Program-made: the position numbers and the translations under genes
Shown here: positions 1-13,001 of the stretch, piece by piece
How positions within the stretch are numbered: position 1 is the stretch's first letter
Layout of the letters: the number at the start of each line of letters is the position of its first letter
The notes under the pieces: generated by a model
Seen by the model: only the letters and a program-made list of their open reading frames with translations
Told to the model about the DNA's origin: nothing
The model's database searches: none
Origin: Callorhinchus milii
Lineage: Eukaryota
Direction: 5' to 3'
Length of the DNA: 64,000 bases
Assembly: GCF_018977255.1 (NCBI RefSeq)
Contig: NW_024704742.1
Location: 45,200,001 to 45,264,000, forward strand

Positions 1-224
1 GACATAGAATCTTTTCCATTGGTTCTTGGTTAAGAAACTTAATTTACATGACAGAGGATAACATCAGTCTGGAATTAGAATTAATCTTTTTTTTCCTTCA
101 ACCTTTGTGAATTACCCGGAGAGGTCTGTGACACACAATAGGAAATTGCAGTTGGCAGATTGATTGATTTGATGACCATGCACACCTAAGCATTTTGATG
201 CTTTATAGATTATTGTCTCACCCC

Positions 225-883
225 TCTCACCACCTGTCTCACCACTGCTTCATCCCTCAGGCTGCTGAAACCCTCACCCACGCATTCGTCACATCAAGGC
301 TCGATTACGGAAACTCCCTCCTCATCGGCCTTCCCAACTCTTCCCTTTACAAACTGCAGATCATCCAAAACTCTGCACCTCATGTACTCTCGCGCACCAG
401 GTTCCGTGACTCCATCACTCCCACCCTCGCCCGACTCCAATGGCTCCCCATCCCTCAGAGGATTGAGTTCAAGATCTTCATCCTCACTTTCAAGGCCATC
501 CATGGCTTTGTCCCCTCCTACCTCTCTGACCTGCTGACTCCCTACTAACCTGCCCTCTCTGTCCGTTCAGTGGGTTCCCGTCTGCTCCTTGTCTCCCGCC
601 CGACCCACCATCGGTGGCCAGGCTTTCAGCTTTTCTGCTCCCTCATTCTGGAACTCCATCCCACGATCCCTTCACTTCGCTTCCTCCCTTGCCTCCTTCA
701 AGACCAGTCTCAAAACTCTTCTCTTCGACTGCACCTTTGGTCGCCCTCCCACCTCTCTGCCTTCCCTCACCCCTACACCACCCCTCCCCCATGCTTGGGC
801 CCCAACACCTGACTGTTCAGCGCTTTGGGATGTTCTTCCAATGTGAAAGGCGCTCTATAAATGTAATTTTGTTATTGTTGTTG
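225..883 (+). mobile_element. L2-clade LINE, 5'-truncated 3' fragment
   Basis: ORF 195-548 contains AAETLTHAFVTSRLDYGNSLLIGLP...LQWLPIPQRIEFKI, typical of the L2 ORF2 C-terminus. It ends in GCGCTTTGGGATG...GTGAAAGGCGCTCTATAAATGTAA plus (TTG)n. Confidence 0.93.
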
Positions 884-1192
884 TCTATAAATTTAGTATA
901 TATATTCTGTCTATGCTGCTATATTAACAGAACAAAAAAATCTTCAAAGGCTTCTGAATTGTATTGAAATTGAACATGTAGATGGCACCAAAGACAGATT
1001 AAGGGATCTGGGAGGCCTTGCTAGATCACACAGACCACAGAGCGACTGGAAGAGAGGCACAGATGAGATGTTGAGGCATCAATCATATCTGGGTCCTCAA
1101 GACCTCCTCAGACCTCAATACGCTAAGCCATGTTTTATCTGGGTTATTAGTCAATCCATCCCTGGATGGTAATGTTGATGTGAGCATCAGTG

Positions 1193-1310
1193 TTTCGCCT
1201 ACAAATATACGGTCAATTCACTTTACAAAACATTGTGTGAAGCGCTTTGAGATGTCTAGAAGACGTGAAAAGCGCTATATCAAATGCAAGGTTTATGATT
1301 ATTATTATTA
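1193..1310 (+). mobile_element. SINE 3' fragment with L2-like tail
   Basis: GTCAATTCACTTTAC...TGTGAAGCGCTTTGAGA...GCGCTATATCAAATGCAAGG(ATT)n, shared with the full-length copies at 18930 and 61504. Confidence 0.88.
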
Positions 1311-1844
1311 GTGTTCTGTAATGAAAGTACAAAGTTGTAGGTGCCAGTTCAACCTCAATTATTGAGTCAGACGGTAGCAATTAGGGACTACGTCATTTCA
1401 AAACTAGAGGAGGCAAAATTGGGGAAGAGATTCATAGTTAAGAAAGGATGGTCCCTGGTGACTTTTTGCAAATGCAAGAGGCACTGTCAATGACGTAGAA
1501 ATAACACATGATCCAGCTTATTCAGATGCAGTAGCCCAAGTTGGATGGACAAAGAAGAAAATCACAAGATTTGTTTGGACGAAGAATGACCTTTGGCTCA
1601 TCTGCTCTCATCCTTCTAGAATGCCCTGCTGTACCCCATCACAGCAACAAACTGCTTTTTTTAAAAATGAGTCCAGTATCCTGGCCTCAACCACCTTCCT
1701 GACAACCTGCTTCAGTTCAACCCTCTACGTAAAGAAATGCTTCCTAGTACCTGTTCTGAAATTGCTCTTTCCCAGGGAAAATATTGTTAAAACCAATGGG
1801 GAAAGAACAGGGAATAACCGCAGAGTAGAGAATTTGGAAGAATT

Positions 1845-1910
1845 GGTACCAGCATAGACGCAATGGGCCAAATAGCCTTGTTCTTTCTCGTAAACTTTCG
1901 GTGATTCTAA
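1845..1910 (+). mobile_element. CR1 3' terminus, degenerate
   Basis: GCATAGACGCAATGGGCCAAATAGCC...GATTCTA resembles the CR1 3' UTR end seen at 35990-36050. Confidence 0.55.
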
Positions 1911-3169
1911 TCTCCATTCTCCTGCCTCACCTCAATGCTCTTTGTGCTGATGGAAACTTTTTTTNAAACAGGAAAACGTCTCAGAAATTGGATTTGGGCT
2001 TTAACCCTGACATTGGAAGAGCAGTAGATGAATGCATTTGCTTATTTGCACCTTATGCTGTCTGTTTAATCACCATGGATAAATGCTGAATTTGTCAAGT
2101 CATTCAGTGAAAAGCTCTAAAATTTTTTTACTAGGTTCAGCAACAGAGATTCAATGGACAATGAATAATTAATTCTTATTTTTAATAGCTTATTAAATAT
2201 TTATACAATGGTTTGAGAGAATTTTCTTTGCAGTAGAAAGATAGAAAACTACAGATGGAATCCTACGTAAAAATAATGTTTCCTGCAATGTACGTGCTTT
2301 GATTACTGAGCAGAATATTGATTACTTTAACCCAACAATATTTAATACACTGTAGAGGAGATAAGGCTACAATTTCTCTTGTTAGCAACGGAAAGAAAGG
2401 AATATATTCTGCAGGACATAATTGAGCTGATAGTACTAAAAGCTAATGCATCACCAAAGTAATTTTGATGAGATAACATAAAAAATACAGCCTGGTTTCT
2501 GTATCCAAGAATTTGTTACAGTGAAAGCCACATGAAGTCAGGTTAAGCAAATATCACAAGAATGATCATTTTGAGCATCACTGCTAATCCTCTCAGCTAT
2601 CAGTTGTTTCCAATGCAGCTGGCAGTACAAGTGCCAACTTCTGTAGGCTCACTTTATTCAGCTGGACCAATAATAGACTAGAAATAATGTTATTGGAACC
2701 ATTTCTTCTCCAGGCAGATTTCATGTTAACATTTATGTTTTATAGTGGTGATAAAACTGCATTCCAAGTGGCGCATGAAACCAGCACGGCATATTGTAAT
2801 ACATTGTCAAAGTGAAAAAAANGTTCTTATGAATTCCAGTTTGATTCGGACCAAATCCAGCCATTGTCAAGTTTCATATTTAACATGACCTGAGGATTGA
2901 TAGATTAAATTTGTGGTCAATGCCCTTCTCTGCACATATCTCACAGAATAGCAACTTGCATTTTGTAGCACATTCATCAAAAAGGAAAATTCAAAACACT
3001 TTACAAAATATATTTGACAGAAGGCCAGAGGAGAAATTAGTACGACATAACAGGTAGCTTTACAATGAGCATGGCACAAGGAGACTGAGAAAAACAGAGG
3101 TAAATAGGGTTGGTGAAAAGCCTCCACTAGCTAGAGTTGTACCTTGGACACAGGAATGATGGTTTTGAT

Positions 3170-3560
3170 TGTCAGAGGACAATCATCATAGCAGCTAATC
3201 CTCAGGGCAATGTCCTTGATGCAGCCATCTTCAGTTGCTTCAATCATAATCTTCACTCCATCCTAAGGTCAAGAGTGGCACTGTTCACTGGTGATTCAGA
3301 TTGCACTGGTGTAACTCAGCAACCTTTCTTCAACAGCACCTCCCAACCCTATAATTTCCAACATTCAGCAGAGCAACAGCGGTATCAATAGGAGCACCAC
3401 CTGCAAGGACCCCTCCAAGTCACTCACCATCCTGACCTGGACATACAACCTCATTCCTTCTTTCTGATGAAAATGTTGGTATTCCCTACCTAATAGTAGC
3501 ATGGGAACACTATCGCACAAGGAGTCCAGCAGTTCAAAGATAAAGGACATGTCAGCCTTC
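3170..3560 (+). mobile_element. Degenerate non-LTR retrotransposon fragment (RT remnant plus 3' region)
   Basis: PQGNVLDAAIFSCF resembles the RT motif PQGSVLGPxLF. The downstream CCAAGTCACTCACCATCCTGACCTGG...CAGCAGTTCAA segment resembles a LINE 3' region I recall from shark genomes (not verified). Confidence 0.6.
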
Positions 3561-3814
3561 ACCTTTGTCTAGTTTTAGAAAGAAAATAACATTTTGGGTT
3601 TTGTGCTACTATTTTAGATCAATTTGATGTTACTTTTGGATTGTCCAGAGTTCTGAAAGCATTCTTCTGGATTAATTTGGCAGCTTGGGTCAATTAGTAG
3701 CACCCACACATGTTGATCCAATGACAAAGAAGGAATGAGGGGAAATGCAGTTGGTGCTCCCATTGATACCGCTATTGTAAGAGATCATGTGTGGTTGTGG
3801 TTTTAAAATCCCAA

Positions 3815-4045
3815 GAACCTATCCACCTGTTCAGATGGATGTTAAAGGTCCCATGACATGATTCAAAAAGAGAAGGGATTTTCTTTTCTCTGGCAAACAA
3901 TTCTCCAGTTAAGTTGATCATTTGCAGTATGACTTTTTGCGGGACTTTGTTAAGCACAAATTGACTGCTGCAGTCATCTACAGATACACAGTCAATACGC
4001 TAACCAATAATTACTGTGAAGTATTTTGAAATATTTATTATTATT
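3815..4045 (+). mobile_element. Deu-domain SINE fragment
   Basis: CCTGTTCAGATGGATGTTAAAGGTCCCATGAC matches the Deu-domain core (CAGGTGGACGTAAAAGATCCCATGGCAC), followed by the shared SINE tail. Confidence 0.75.
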
Positions 4046-5849
4046 ATATGAACATTTTTAGATTAACTTTTTTATTGTGGGGCAAGTAGACTACAATCCA
4101 AGCAAACGTAAATGCAATTGCCAGTCTCTCAAACAGATATCAGAATTAATAACAAATACAGTACCCGTGGCATTTATTTCAATACCATTTCCCAAATGAA
4201 CAATTTGCAGTAGAATATGTTATAGCTAGTACTTTGGTGTGACTTTGCCTAAGGTATTGTAGGACACGTTTGATTAGTTGGATCAATAATGGTGTTAAAA
4301 GGAATCTTTTTCTGATTTAAAGGACATTTACACTTTTGAGGTTGTTACTGTTTTATATACGAGTATAATAAGCTCTGGAATATTAAAAATTTAATATAAT
4401 GTCACAGTTTGAAAACCTTTTACACCAGATAATACCGATTTGATGGTAGAGCTTCTATCATGGGAATAACCTTTCAAGTAAATGTTGTGCTGTAAATCTG
4501 AAATGTGAGCAACAGAAAGTACCTCAAAGGCTTTCACAAAGAAGACTAAGCACTGCTTTCTTAGCATCTCATGAGTTAACTGTTATAAGAGGATATGATT
4601 ATCTTTTGTACATTCTCAATAAGTAGTTTAAGTTGTTTTGCCTCCGTTTCTCTGATTCAGCTTAAAGTTTGAGCATTAAAAGGTTGATTAACCATTGCTT
4701 TCCTGAATGCATGCACTGCAAGTGCCTTTGGATTATTAATCAGTCTTCATGGTATACTTCCTGTTATTCTTCATTCTCATCAATACTTGAACATTAAATA
4801 AGAAATCATTTTTGCTGAATTCTGAGTCTGGTTAAATCTGTCTTCATGATGTCAAGTGATCTATTTAGAATTGGAAGGTCAAAGGCTGGTTAGATTTGGT
4901 TTAATTTCAGTCATCTTTCCCCTGCCAAATCTATTCGGCTCCCACCTCCCAGCTTGAGGTGTCCAGTCAGCAATGTGAAGCGCTTTCAGACGTTCTCCTG
5001 ACCTGAAAGGTGACATGTAAATGTAAATTTTATTGCATTGATTTCAATCAGATTTGTAGAATGGATAACAACTATTATGCATAATTTACACTTTTGATAA
5101 TTTGATAAAATGTATTGCACTCTATTGTGATTTGAACTGTGGAGCTAAAGCAATCTGTAATATCTTATTTCTGTTCCTGTTTTAGATGTAACGTATACTA
5201 CAAATTATTCATCCATCCTCATTAAATTAGAATGTATTGAACACAGAAAGTATTAGCATTTATGAACGAAGAAGCTTTTGTACAACAATCCAGCATTTGA
5301 TAATTATTCAAATATATTAATTAAAAGGCGCTGTACTATTGTAAATTGTACATGATAAATGTTGCTTACTCGTCGAATTGTCGAATACAAATAATACAAT
5401 GTGTTAGTCAATAAACAATACATGTTTTTTTAAAAGTTAGAATATAGGGGTTAGATTATTGTATGTGTGTACATTATTGTATATTATTGTAGTGACTCTT
5501 GTTGACTTGTCTATTTCTTTCTAATTCAGTTTAGATTTCTTCCCTTGAGTGGTTTGATTGAGCATGTGCACAGGGTTCATGAATCAAGGAGTGATTTAAG
5601 TAGTTTGATCATAGTGTGTATCAAGGAAATATCTGAGTGGATGGATTTTGCATGTGCAGTGAATCAATGAAAGGGAGATTTGATTGTACACGCAGAGAAT
5701 TCTGATATGGTGACATGAGCTCACATATGCAGAGTTCCCATATCATAGTTTGAGCTCATTGTCCAAGCTGACCCTCAAGTATTTTGCTGCATTTTTGGAG
5801 GTGCTATATTTTGTGTAATATATTACACAACAAATTATGCACATACAAA

Positions 5850-6027
5850 ATCCCATGACATTATTCTAAAAACAGAAGTGAGTTTTTTGTGCGACCTGCT
5901 GTGTGCAAATTGACTTCCATGTTTGCCTAGAACAAACATAGTCAGTACACAACAATTACCTGTGAAGCATTTTGAAAGATTTCAATGTTACAAACACTAT
6001 ATCAAATGGAAAAATTATTATTATTAA
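5850..6027 (+). mobile_element. Deu-type SINE 3' fragment
   Basis: ATCCCATGACATTATTC...GCTGTGTGCAAATTG...CTATATCAAATG...(ATT)n. Confidence 0.7.
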
Positions 6028-6414
6028 GAAAATGGATTCAATTGAATGAATCATATACATTTCGAAGGATCGATGTCAAGCAATTGGACTCCTATTTTGT
6101 TGTGACTAGATGTGGAGAGATTCTCTATCGAGGACAGAGGACAGCTACTCACAGGAATGAAGGGACTATTATCACTTAAAAACAATGATTGTTTATTAGT
6201 TACTCCCACACAATGGAGTCCCACAAATAAAGGAGTAAAACAGAATCAGAGAATACAAAACAGACAACCTTGGACTCAGGTAAAAAATACAGAAAAGCTC
6301 AAAAGTATACCAAGATGGAAAAATTAGTTGCATGAAGCACATTGAGAGCAACATATGTGATGCCAGAACTACCAGGAAGGGAGACAAAGGGTTAAATGGA
6401 AAAGAAATGCTTCA

Positions 6415-6780
6415 AGCTCTCCTGATGGCTGAGTGGTACAGATGTCACCTGGATGAAACATTAAGTCAAACAGATTGGCGTACTTCGATTTTAGCCCTGC
6501 TGTATAAGATGATCATAGCTGGGAGAGCAATTGGAGAGTTAGAAGTGGGAAATTTAGCCTATTTAGGTTTCTACTCTCGATTGCTATCCAGAGATCTCTG
6601 TTGTAAGATTTGCACATGTGGACAATGAGTAAGGACAGGATGGTGCTTCACTGTGAAGCCTCCCACCAATGAATAGCCTGCCAACACTCACTGTCATGGC
6701 TTATACATGAATATTAGCCACTTGGGCAGGTACCAGAATAGATGAAAAGAAAGTGTCTAACACCTTCAGGGAGAAGGAGA
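6415..6780 (+). mobile_element. Old SINE-like interspersed repeat (unnamed)
   Basis: A-box-like TGGCTGAGTGGT at the start. The body is loosely similar by eye to 1340-1560 (+) and 57490-57715 (-). Confidence 0.4.
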
Positions 6781-9700
6781 TGTTTAAAAAATATAGTGCT
6801 AATGACATTCTCAAGAGTCCACTTAATTTTCTAGAAGCAAACTACGACTGATGGGAAGAGGGAGCCTGGGAGCTTCTTTGTTTAAAACCAGCAAAAGAGT
6901 GCTATTATTTGATATTTGAATTCCACAGTTTTCATAATGGAATGGCAGGAACGAGGTGCCTATGGATTATTGTGGTGATAAGTTAATATTGTAGCTTTGA
7001 GACAATGGAGAGTGCAAGAACATGGGCATAAATATAAATACCTCATCATATGAAAAGGATTGTAGGGTGAATGAGAAGCTCTTCTGTGAATAAAATATTA
7101 TTCTCTAAGCAAACAATTTGAAAAAAATACACCATTGTTTGTCTTACTAAAATAATAAATCTTCAATCAGTGCATTCCATTCCATGTCCTTGTAAAATGA
7201 TCTTTACCTGCTGTAATTATGGGAAAGTGACACAAAAATAATTTCTGTCATGTATAAAGCAGTGTCTCCTGTTAAAATGCTTTATACAATGCAGTGCCTT
7301 AAAACAGATCAATGAATTATTCCGATTCAGCCTTTTTAATCTTTTATGTTAATAATAATTAATATTATTATTCTAATAGTCTTATTATTTTATGATGTTA
7401 AACATGCGTTAGCCCACTTCTTACATTTCTTTATTGTTTCACACTCAGGCTGTCTTATCAGTTTGGTATTGTTATTTAAATAAAATATCCTGATCTGTTT
7501 TTCTTTAATCGATTAATTATTTATATAATCAGATCAATTTGGATCTTTTCTTCAAATATCTATTTCATGAAATCTCAGTTTGTCGAGCAGCCATTTTTTC
7601 AATCACTGAATGTTAAAAAAGGTCTGTCAACAGATACACATAAACTGAATGTATACATACAATTATCTGATACTGCAACTCCCTTGTGTTTCACTGAAGT
7701 GCTATCTTCTGGCTTAGAAAATGTTTCATACCAGGGTGCTAGCAAAGTCAGAAAGTGGGGTATAAAGTACAGGTTGGGCTAAAAACCAATGGGCTGACCA
7801 TGTTATAGAGGTATCATTAATTGTGTAACTAACCAAAAATATTCCATTTTGGTGTTGGTCAATTACATAGCTTAACATACATGTATTTATTGGAAAATAG
7901 TTCATGTACTATTTACCATTTGAATATTTAGGTCCAATGTTATAATTTATATATTAATCCTTGCATTTGATAAAGAACATTATCAAGTTGTCAAGACAAA
8001 AGCCTTCACAAGATTTTTATTGTAAAGTGTATTTGTTGGTGGACACCATAGCTATTTTGCTCACAGTAATGTCTCATAAACAGCCAATGAATTCAATAAT
8101 AAATTGTATCTGTTATTGGCTTCCTGGGCCTGCTACAGATGAAACTCGATCTCTGGCCTGTGGCCACAGCATTTATTCTAGAAGAGGCACAGTGGTACAA
8201 AAAAAGAGAAAAAGCGGTAAACATAAAAAAAAGAGAAAGTAAGAAAAATTGTGCAGAAAGATAATTCAACTCTAATTCCTACCATAGCCAATCTCTCCCA
8301 GAAGGCAATCCTTGAAACAGAAGGTTCCAATTGAGATCTCTTATGACTCCTGTTAAGTTTGCCAACTCAGGGTCTCCAGGAAGTCCCTTCAGTGAACGAT
8401 CCATTGGCACAAATCGTATATTCCCAAAGTTCATCACCACAGCAATGGAAGGTGATAGTTATTTCCACAAGAAGCTTGAGGTCTGGCCCAGGATAAATAG
8501 AAGCAATTTAATTTCCCTGGAGAGCAAAGCAAGTTGTTGCTCCTCCTCCCTCCAGGGAGGAATTTTGTTCCTAATGATTCGGTGCTCAATAAAGCAATCT
8601 GTTTAATGCCTTATTATGTCAGAGTACACTGCTCATATTGGAGTTACATTTAACCCGTTACATCTTGCAGCCTATCGTTAGTATATTTCAGGGTTCTGAC
8701 TGCTCTATGAGTCACAGTCAAGTGAGAGCAATGGACATTTGAGAACAATGGACTCATAGTTCAGCGTCAGTTTTATATTTGCAAATTCCAATGTTTTTCA
8801 GGTTTTTATTTCACATTTGGGTCAACTATATACTCTGTCAGTGTGATACAGGTGCAATATATGGAATAAAATTGATAATAAATAAATGGCATTATCACAC
8901 ATGTGAATTTTTCTTGATCAACTTAAATAGCATCAATGGAGTCAAGCTGCCCGTAAATAGCAGAGCACTTTGCGTCTAAGGCAAAAACAATTCTGCCTCT
9001 GACTGCTTAACAACTGGAACCAGCTACAGCACATGATAATGGCAATATAGATGTCTGACAGTGAAATGAGTTCATCTGGAGGTGCCTCCTACAGTTAGGC
9101 TTTTTATAATATGGCCTGGTATAGCATGGCTGTACCTTGATCTCAAAGTATATTGGAAGTGGAACGCCCTTCCAGGCTTTCAACACTGATTGGGCAACTT
9201 CTTAGACAGACACAGAGGGTCTGCTTTGCTGCCACTGGAAATACTCATTGCCCAGCTTCCTGTGTGCAGCAAGTGTACATTTCACACAGGAACATACATT
9301 AACGGCAACTGGAAGTCTAAGACATGACTGGCTTCTCAGATATGCCCATTGAGAATGACACAGTGGGGCAAGGTTTGCCAATTGTTGGTTTATTAAATAT
9401 CATACGTTCCCTAAATTGATTTGTTATGTGTTATTAACTAATCCCCAAATTTAGTTTGGGGATCTCTTCCAGTTTTGCATTTACATTGTGTCAAATGTAA
9501 TCCATCTGAAGTTTACCCACAAATCACAGAGGTTCCTGTAATCCACCATTAACTGCCATAGTACATGATTATATTCCATGTATTCAATGGGATCCATTTG
9601 GAGATTAATGGAGGGCCAGTTACTTGGACTCAGTAATTAAATTTCTCAACTAATTTGGTATTTTATCTTATCGAAGCGAGGGGTGGAATATTTTAGATCA

Positions 9701-11599
9701 ATCTATTCATAAGACGCACAATATTTGAGCTAGTACAATTTATACCATTCAGGATACTATCAATCATCAGTAATATATGAATGACTAACTTTTGGCACAA
9801 TGATACTGAATTAGTTAGGTGAGCAACGTGCATCATAGAATCCAACCCAGCCACTCTGATTCACAAGGCTGTTTCTGTAATAGAGATCCTTCTAGCATCA
9901 AACTGTCTCCAACCCAGGAAAACCCTTATAACAGTAATAATCCTTATATTCGGTATAGTGGATTGACTGTGTATTTCATGGGTGAAAAGAGCAGCCAATT
10001 TTTGTGCACAGCAATATTCAACGAACAGCCATAAAGTGAACAACAAATTTTCTTTTGGGAGTTGTTGGCGAGGAAACTTGGAGAAATTCTCTTGTGGTTT
10101 TGAATTCTGCCATGTCTTTAATGCAACACTCCCCCACTGTATTGGATTGTCAACTTAAACTATATGAATAGTACAGAAGAACCTTATTATCACATGGTCC
10201 TCTGGAACAATAATTCAGATTTGGCTCTGTAGGTGAAGCAAAGACTGTCTTTAGGGTCACAGATCATCGCTGATGTCATGCTAGACATACGCACCAGGCA
10301 AGAAATGTTGCAGTATGAGGAAGTGACATCACCGATGCTGTGTGGGCAGACCATGCAGGCAATCGAATAGGAAATTACGGCAATTTGACTAACCAGAAAT
10401 GTTGTATTTTTAATGCTGTAGTCTTGCTATTTAGCACCACAATCAGTCATACAATGCTTTTGGTAGTACGGGTTCAAGGACACCAAAGCTATAATCGAGG
10501 TAGTGCAACACTGAAGGCCACTATAACAATTTCCGTGAATTCACAAACTGGAATTGTTTACATTCATTGAGATTTTCAGTTTGCAAATCTTCCACAAAAG
10601 ATCAGATTGAAAAAATACTCGAATTGTTTAGCCACTGTGTAGCCACTGGAAAACCCCCCACCTACATCATGATCTGTATTTTCTGCAGGGACTACCATGT
10701 ATGTCATTTCAGCTCATGAGACTTTGGCTCCAAGGACTTTTCTAGTCAGAGCTTCTGAGTCTAGAGTCACGTACAGTATATATAGTTCCCATCGCAGGTG
10801 TTGTTTTCAAATAGTTAAGAAAAAAGTCCCTACATTTTGGTGCTTTTTCAAGCAGATCTACCCTATTCAGCTTGCAGTGAACCTGCATTGCCTTGTGCAA
10901 TGGAGCCATGCTAGTTAGCATCTAATCTACGTAAATCTTTGTTCATCAGGGGGATTCTTGATTGTCAAAAACAGTGTCTTCATTATCTTAGATAGTCTCC
11001 TCATTAACCCTGGTCCATAAGGACCTGCATTTAAAGGAAAACTCCTAATTAAGCTAAGGGTCTGGGAAAACACAAGTTACCTGAATAGGTTTTTCAATAG
11101 AAGCTGATAATCATGACAATGTTGTGAAGTAACAATTTTAAAATTCAAAGCCTTTCATTTGGAAATTTGTTTAAGCACAACTCAATACATGGTTTGAATC
11201 AAGTAAATGGGTTTAAAGCTTGCTTTCGTGTTATGCTATGCATTAAGCTTACTATTGTTGCTGCTTTGTAATATTTAACATTTTACAATCATTGATGTTA
11301 ATTTATTCCTTGACACTCAGGTGTAAGCAACAAAATCAATATTTGCCTACATATTGTCAACCTCTGCACATCACTATGTAAATGATCAGCGATCTAAACC
11401 GTCAATTTACTGCTATTTCCATCAAATTTTCATGTCTATATTATCCATGCATCATGACATCTTTATCAAAAGATAGATTAAACTGTCAACACCTAATAAA
11501 TCTCACTGGATCTTCAGTTTTCATACTTGGAACTATGACTCAGCTATATGTAAATCTTGGAAGCTCTGCTGGTAAAAACTATTCTTTGAGTCTTTGGAT

Positions 11600-11742
11600 G
11601 AAACATTAAACCAAGGTACTACCTACCTGTTCAGATAGACGTTAAAGATCCCATGCCACTGTTCGAAAAAGAGAAGGGAATTTCTTCCGGTGGTCTGGCC
11701 AACAATTCCCCAAATAAAATGCAAGGATTATTATTATTATTT
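11600..11742 (+). mobile_element. Deu-domain SINE fragment
   Basis: TTAAACCAAGG...CCTGTTCAGATAGACGTTAAAGATCCCATGCCAC; internally deleted; ends AATGCAAGG(ATT)n. Confidence 0.8.
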
Positions 11743-11759
11743 ATGATGTTAATGTTTTT

Positions 11760-12175
11760 CAGCCTGGCTCAGTCACCTTTGTGCCAGAAGGCTGATAGTC
11801 CAAGCCCCACGTCAGAACTCTGACTTAACAGAATAAGCTGACATTGCAATGCAATGCTGGGGGAGTGCTGCATTATAAGAGGTGCCATCCTTCAATTGAA
11901 ACAGTAATCCGAGGTGTTGTCTACTCAGGTGGACATCAAAAATCCCATGACAGTGCTTAAAAAAAAGGGGCGGGATCTCCTCTCTCAGTGTCCTAGCCAA
12001 CAATCCTCCGTATAAATTGATAATTTCTTCAAGACTGTTTTGGGACATTGTGTTAAAATTGTCTGCTGTGCTCACTAACAAATACCCAGTTACTTCATTC
12101 TCCAGCAATTACCTCTGGAGCACCTTGTGCTATTTTGACATTATGGACACTATATCAAATGCAATGATTATCATT
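11760..12175 (+). mobile_element. Near full-length Deu-domain SINE
   Basis: tRNA-like head (TGGCTCAGT...GTCCAAGCCC), Deu core (CCGAGG...CAGGTGGACATCAAAAATCCCATGAC) and L2-like tail. Confidence 0.82.
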
Positions 12176-12556
12176 AATATTAAATGTGCATACATGCATA
12201 ACATGAGGGAGTCTTTCTCATCCAAAATTCAAAATGGCCATCTGTGTTTGACTGACCCAGTTTATTAAATCAGACCTATTAGTTATCAGCAGTTTAATCG
12301 GTCCCTCTGCTAAGATAATTATAAACATTTCTGATTTTATTCAATTTCTAGATCACTGACAGCTCACTTTGACACTATTAATGCTGTAGGTCACCTCTGA
12401 GTACATGAGAGCCATTACAGCTACTCATTCTGTTTTACAATGAATGGGAAAAGCTAGCCGCAAAACTTCAAGCTCTGCCAACTCAGATTTTAACCCTACC
12501 CAAACCATACTAATAAATGATTAGAATCTCTGCGTTTGGTAGTGGGATTATATTAT

Positions 12557-12789
12557 GGATTACTATTGCAACAACACATCATCAGTTGAGTGAAACTAAC
12601 TTGTCTCACGATGGTCTAAATCCAGCTTACGGTCCCTATTAGTGGGTGAACAATCCAACACTTGGTGAATTCTGCTTCATAATGATAGCACAAGCCAACA
12701 TCTAAGGATGAAGAAGCAAGATCGCTTAGCCATCACATGCCAGTTATCCCTGTGGTATATATTCTTAAAACCTAGAAAGCAGAAGGATC
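12557..12789 (-). pseudogene. 28S rRNA-derived fragment (domain V / peptidyl-transferase region), decayed
   Basis: The + strand reads GCAACAACACATCATCAGT..AAACTAAC.TGTCTCACGA.GGTCTAAA.CCAGCT...CCCTATTAGTGGGTGAACAATCCAAC.CTTGGTGAATTCTGCTTCA.AATGATAG...CCAGTTATCCCTGTGGTA...AGAAGGATC. This is the reverse complement of conserved eukaryotic 28S rRNA, with substitutions and small deletions. Confidence 0.93.
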
Positions 12790-13001
12790 ATCTTAGTGCA
12801 GTAACTATGATTGAAAGCAAATCTCTTGTTTCAGATACTGTTGTTGGCCCAGTAACATAATGTTAAATCATGGAAGTGAATAGTTATGAAATCACCTCCA
12901 ACTTTTTATCCACCATGAGGTATCCACCATCAGATACCCATGGTTCGATCAGATTGTATTTACTGTTTTGACAGGTATGAATTTTAAAATTTGTGTGAGT
13001 A

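Noticed and set aside
5545..5760. Degenerate tandem motif (TTTGATTG..CATGTGCAG-like)
   Set aside because: Too diverged to define a period by eye.
6100..6330. Second LTR-like segment (TG start, TTTATT)
   Set aside because: I could not find a matching CA end with a target duplication.
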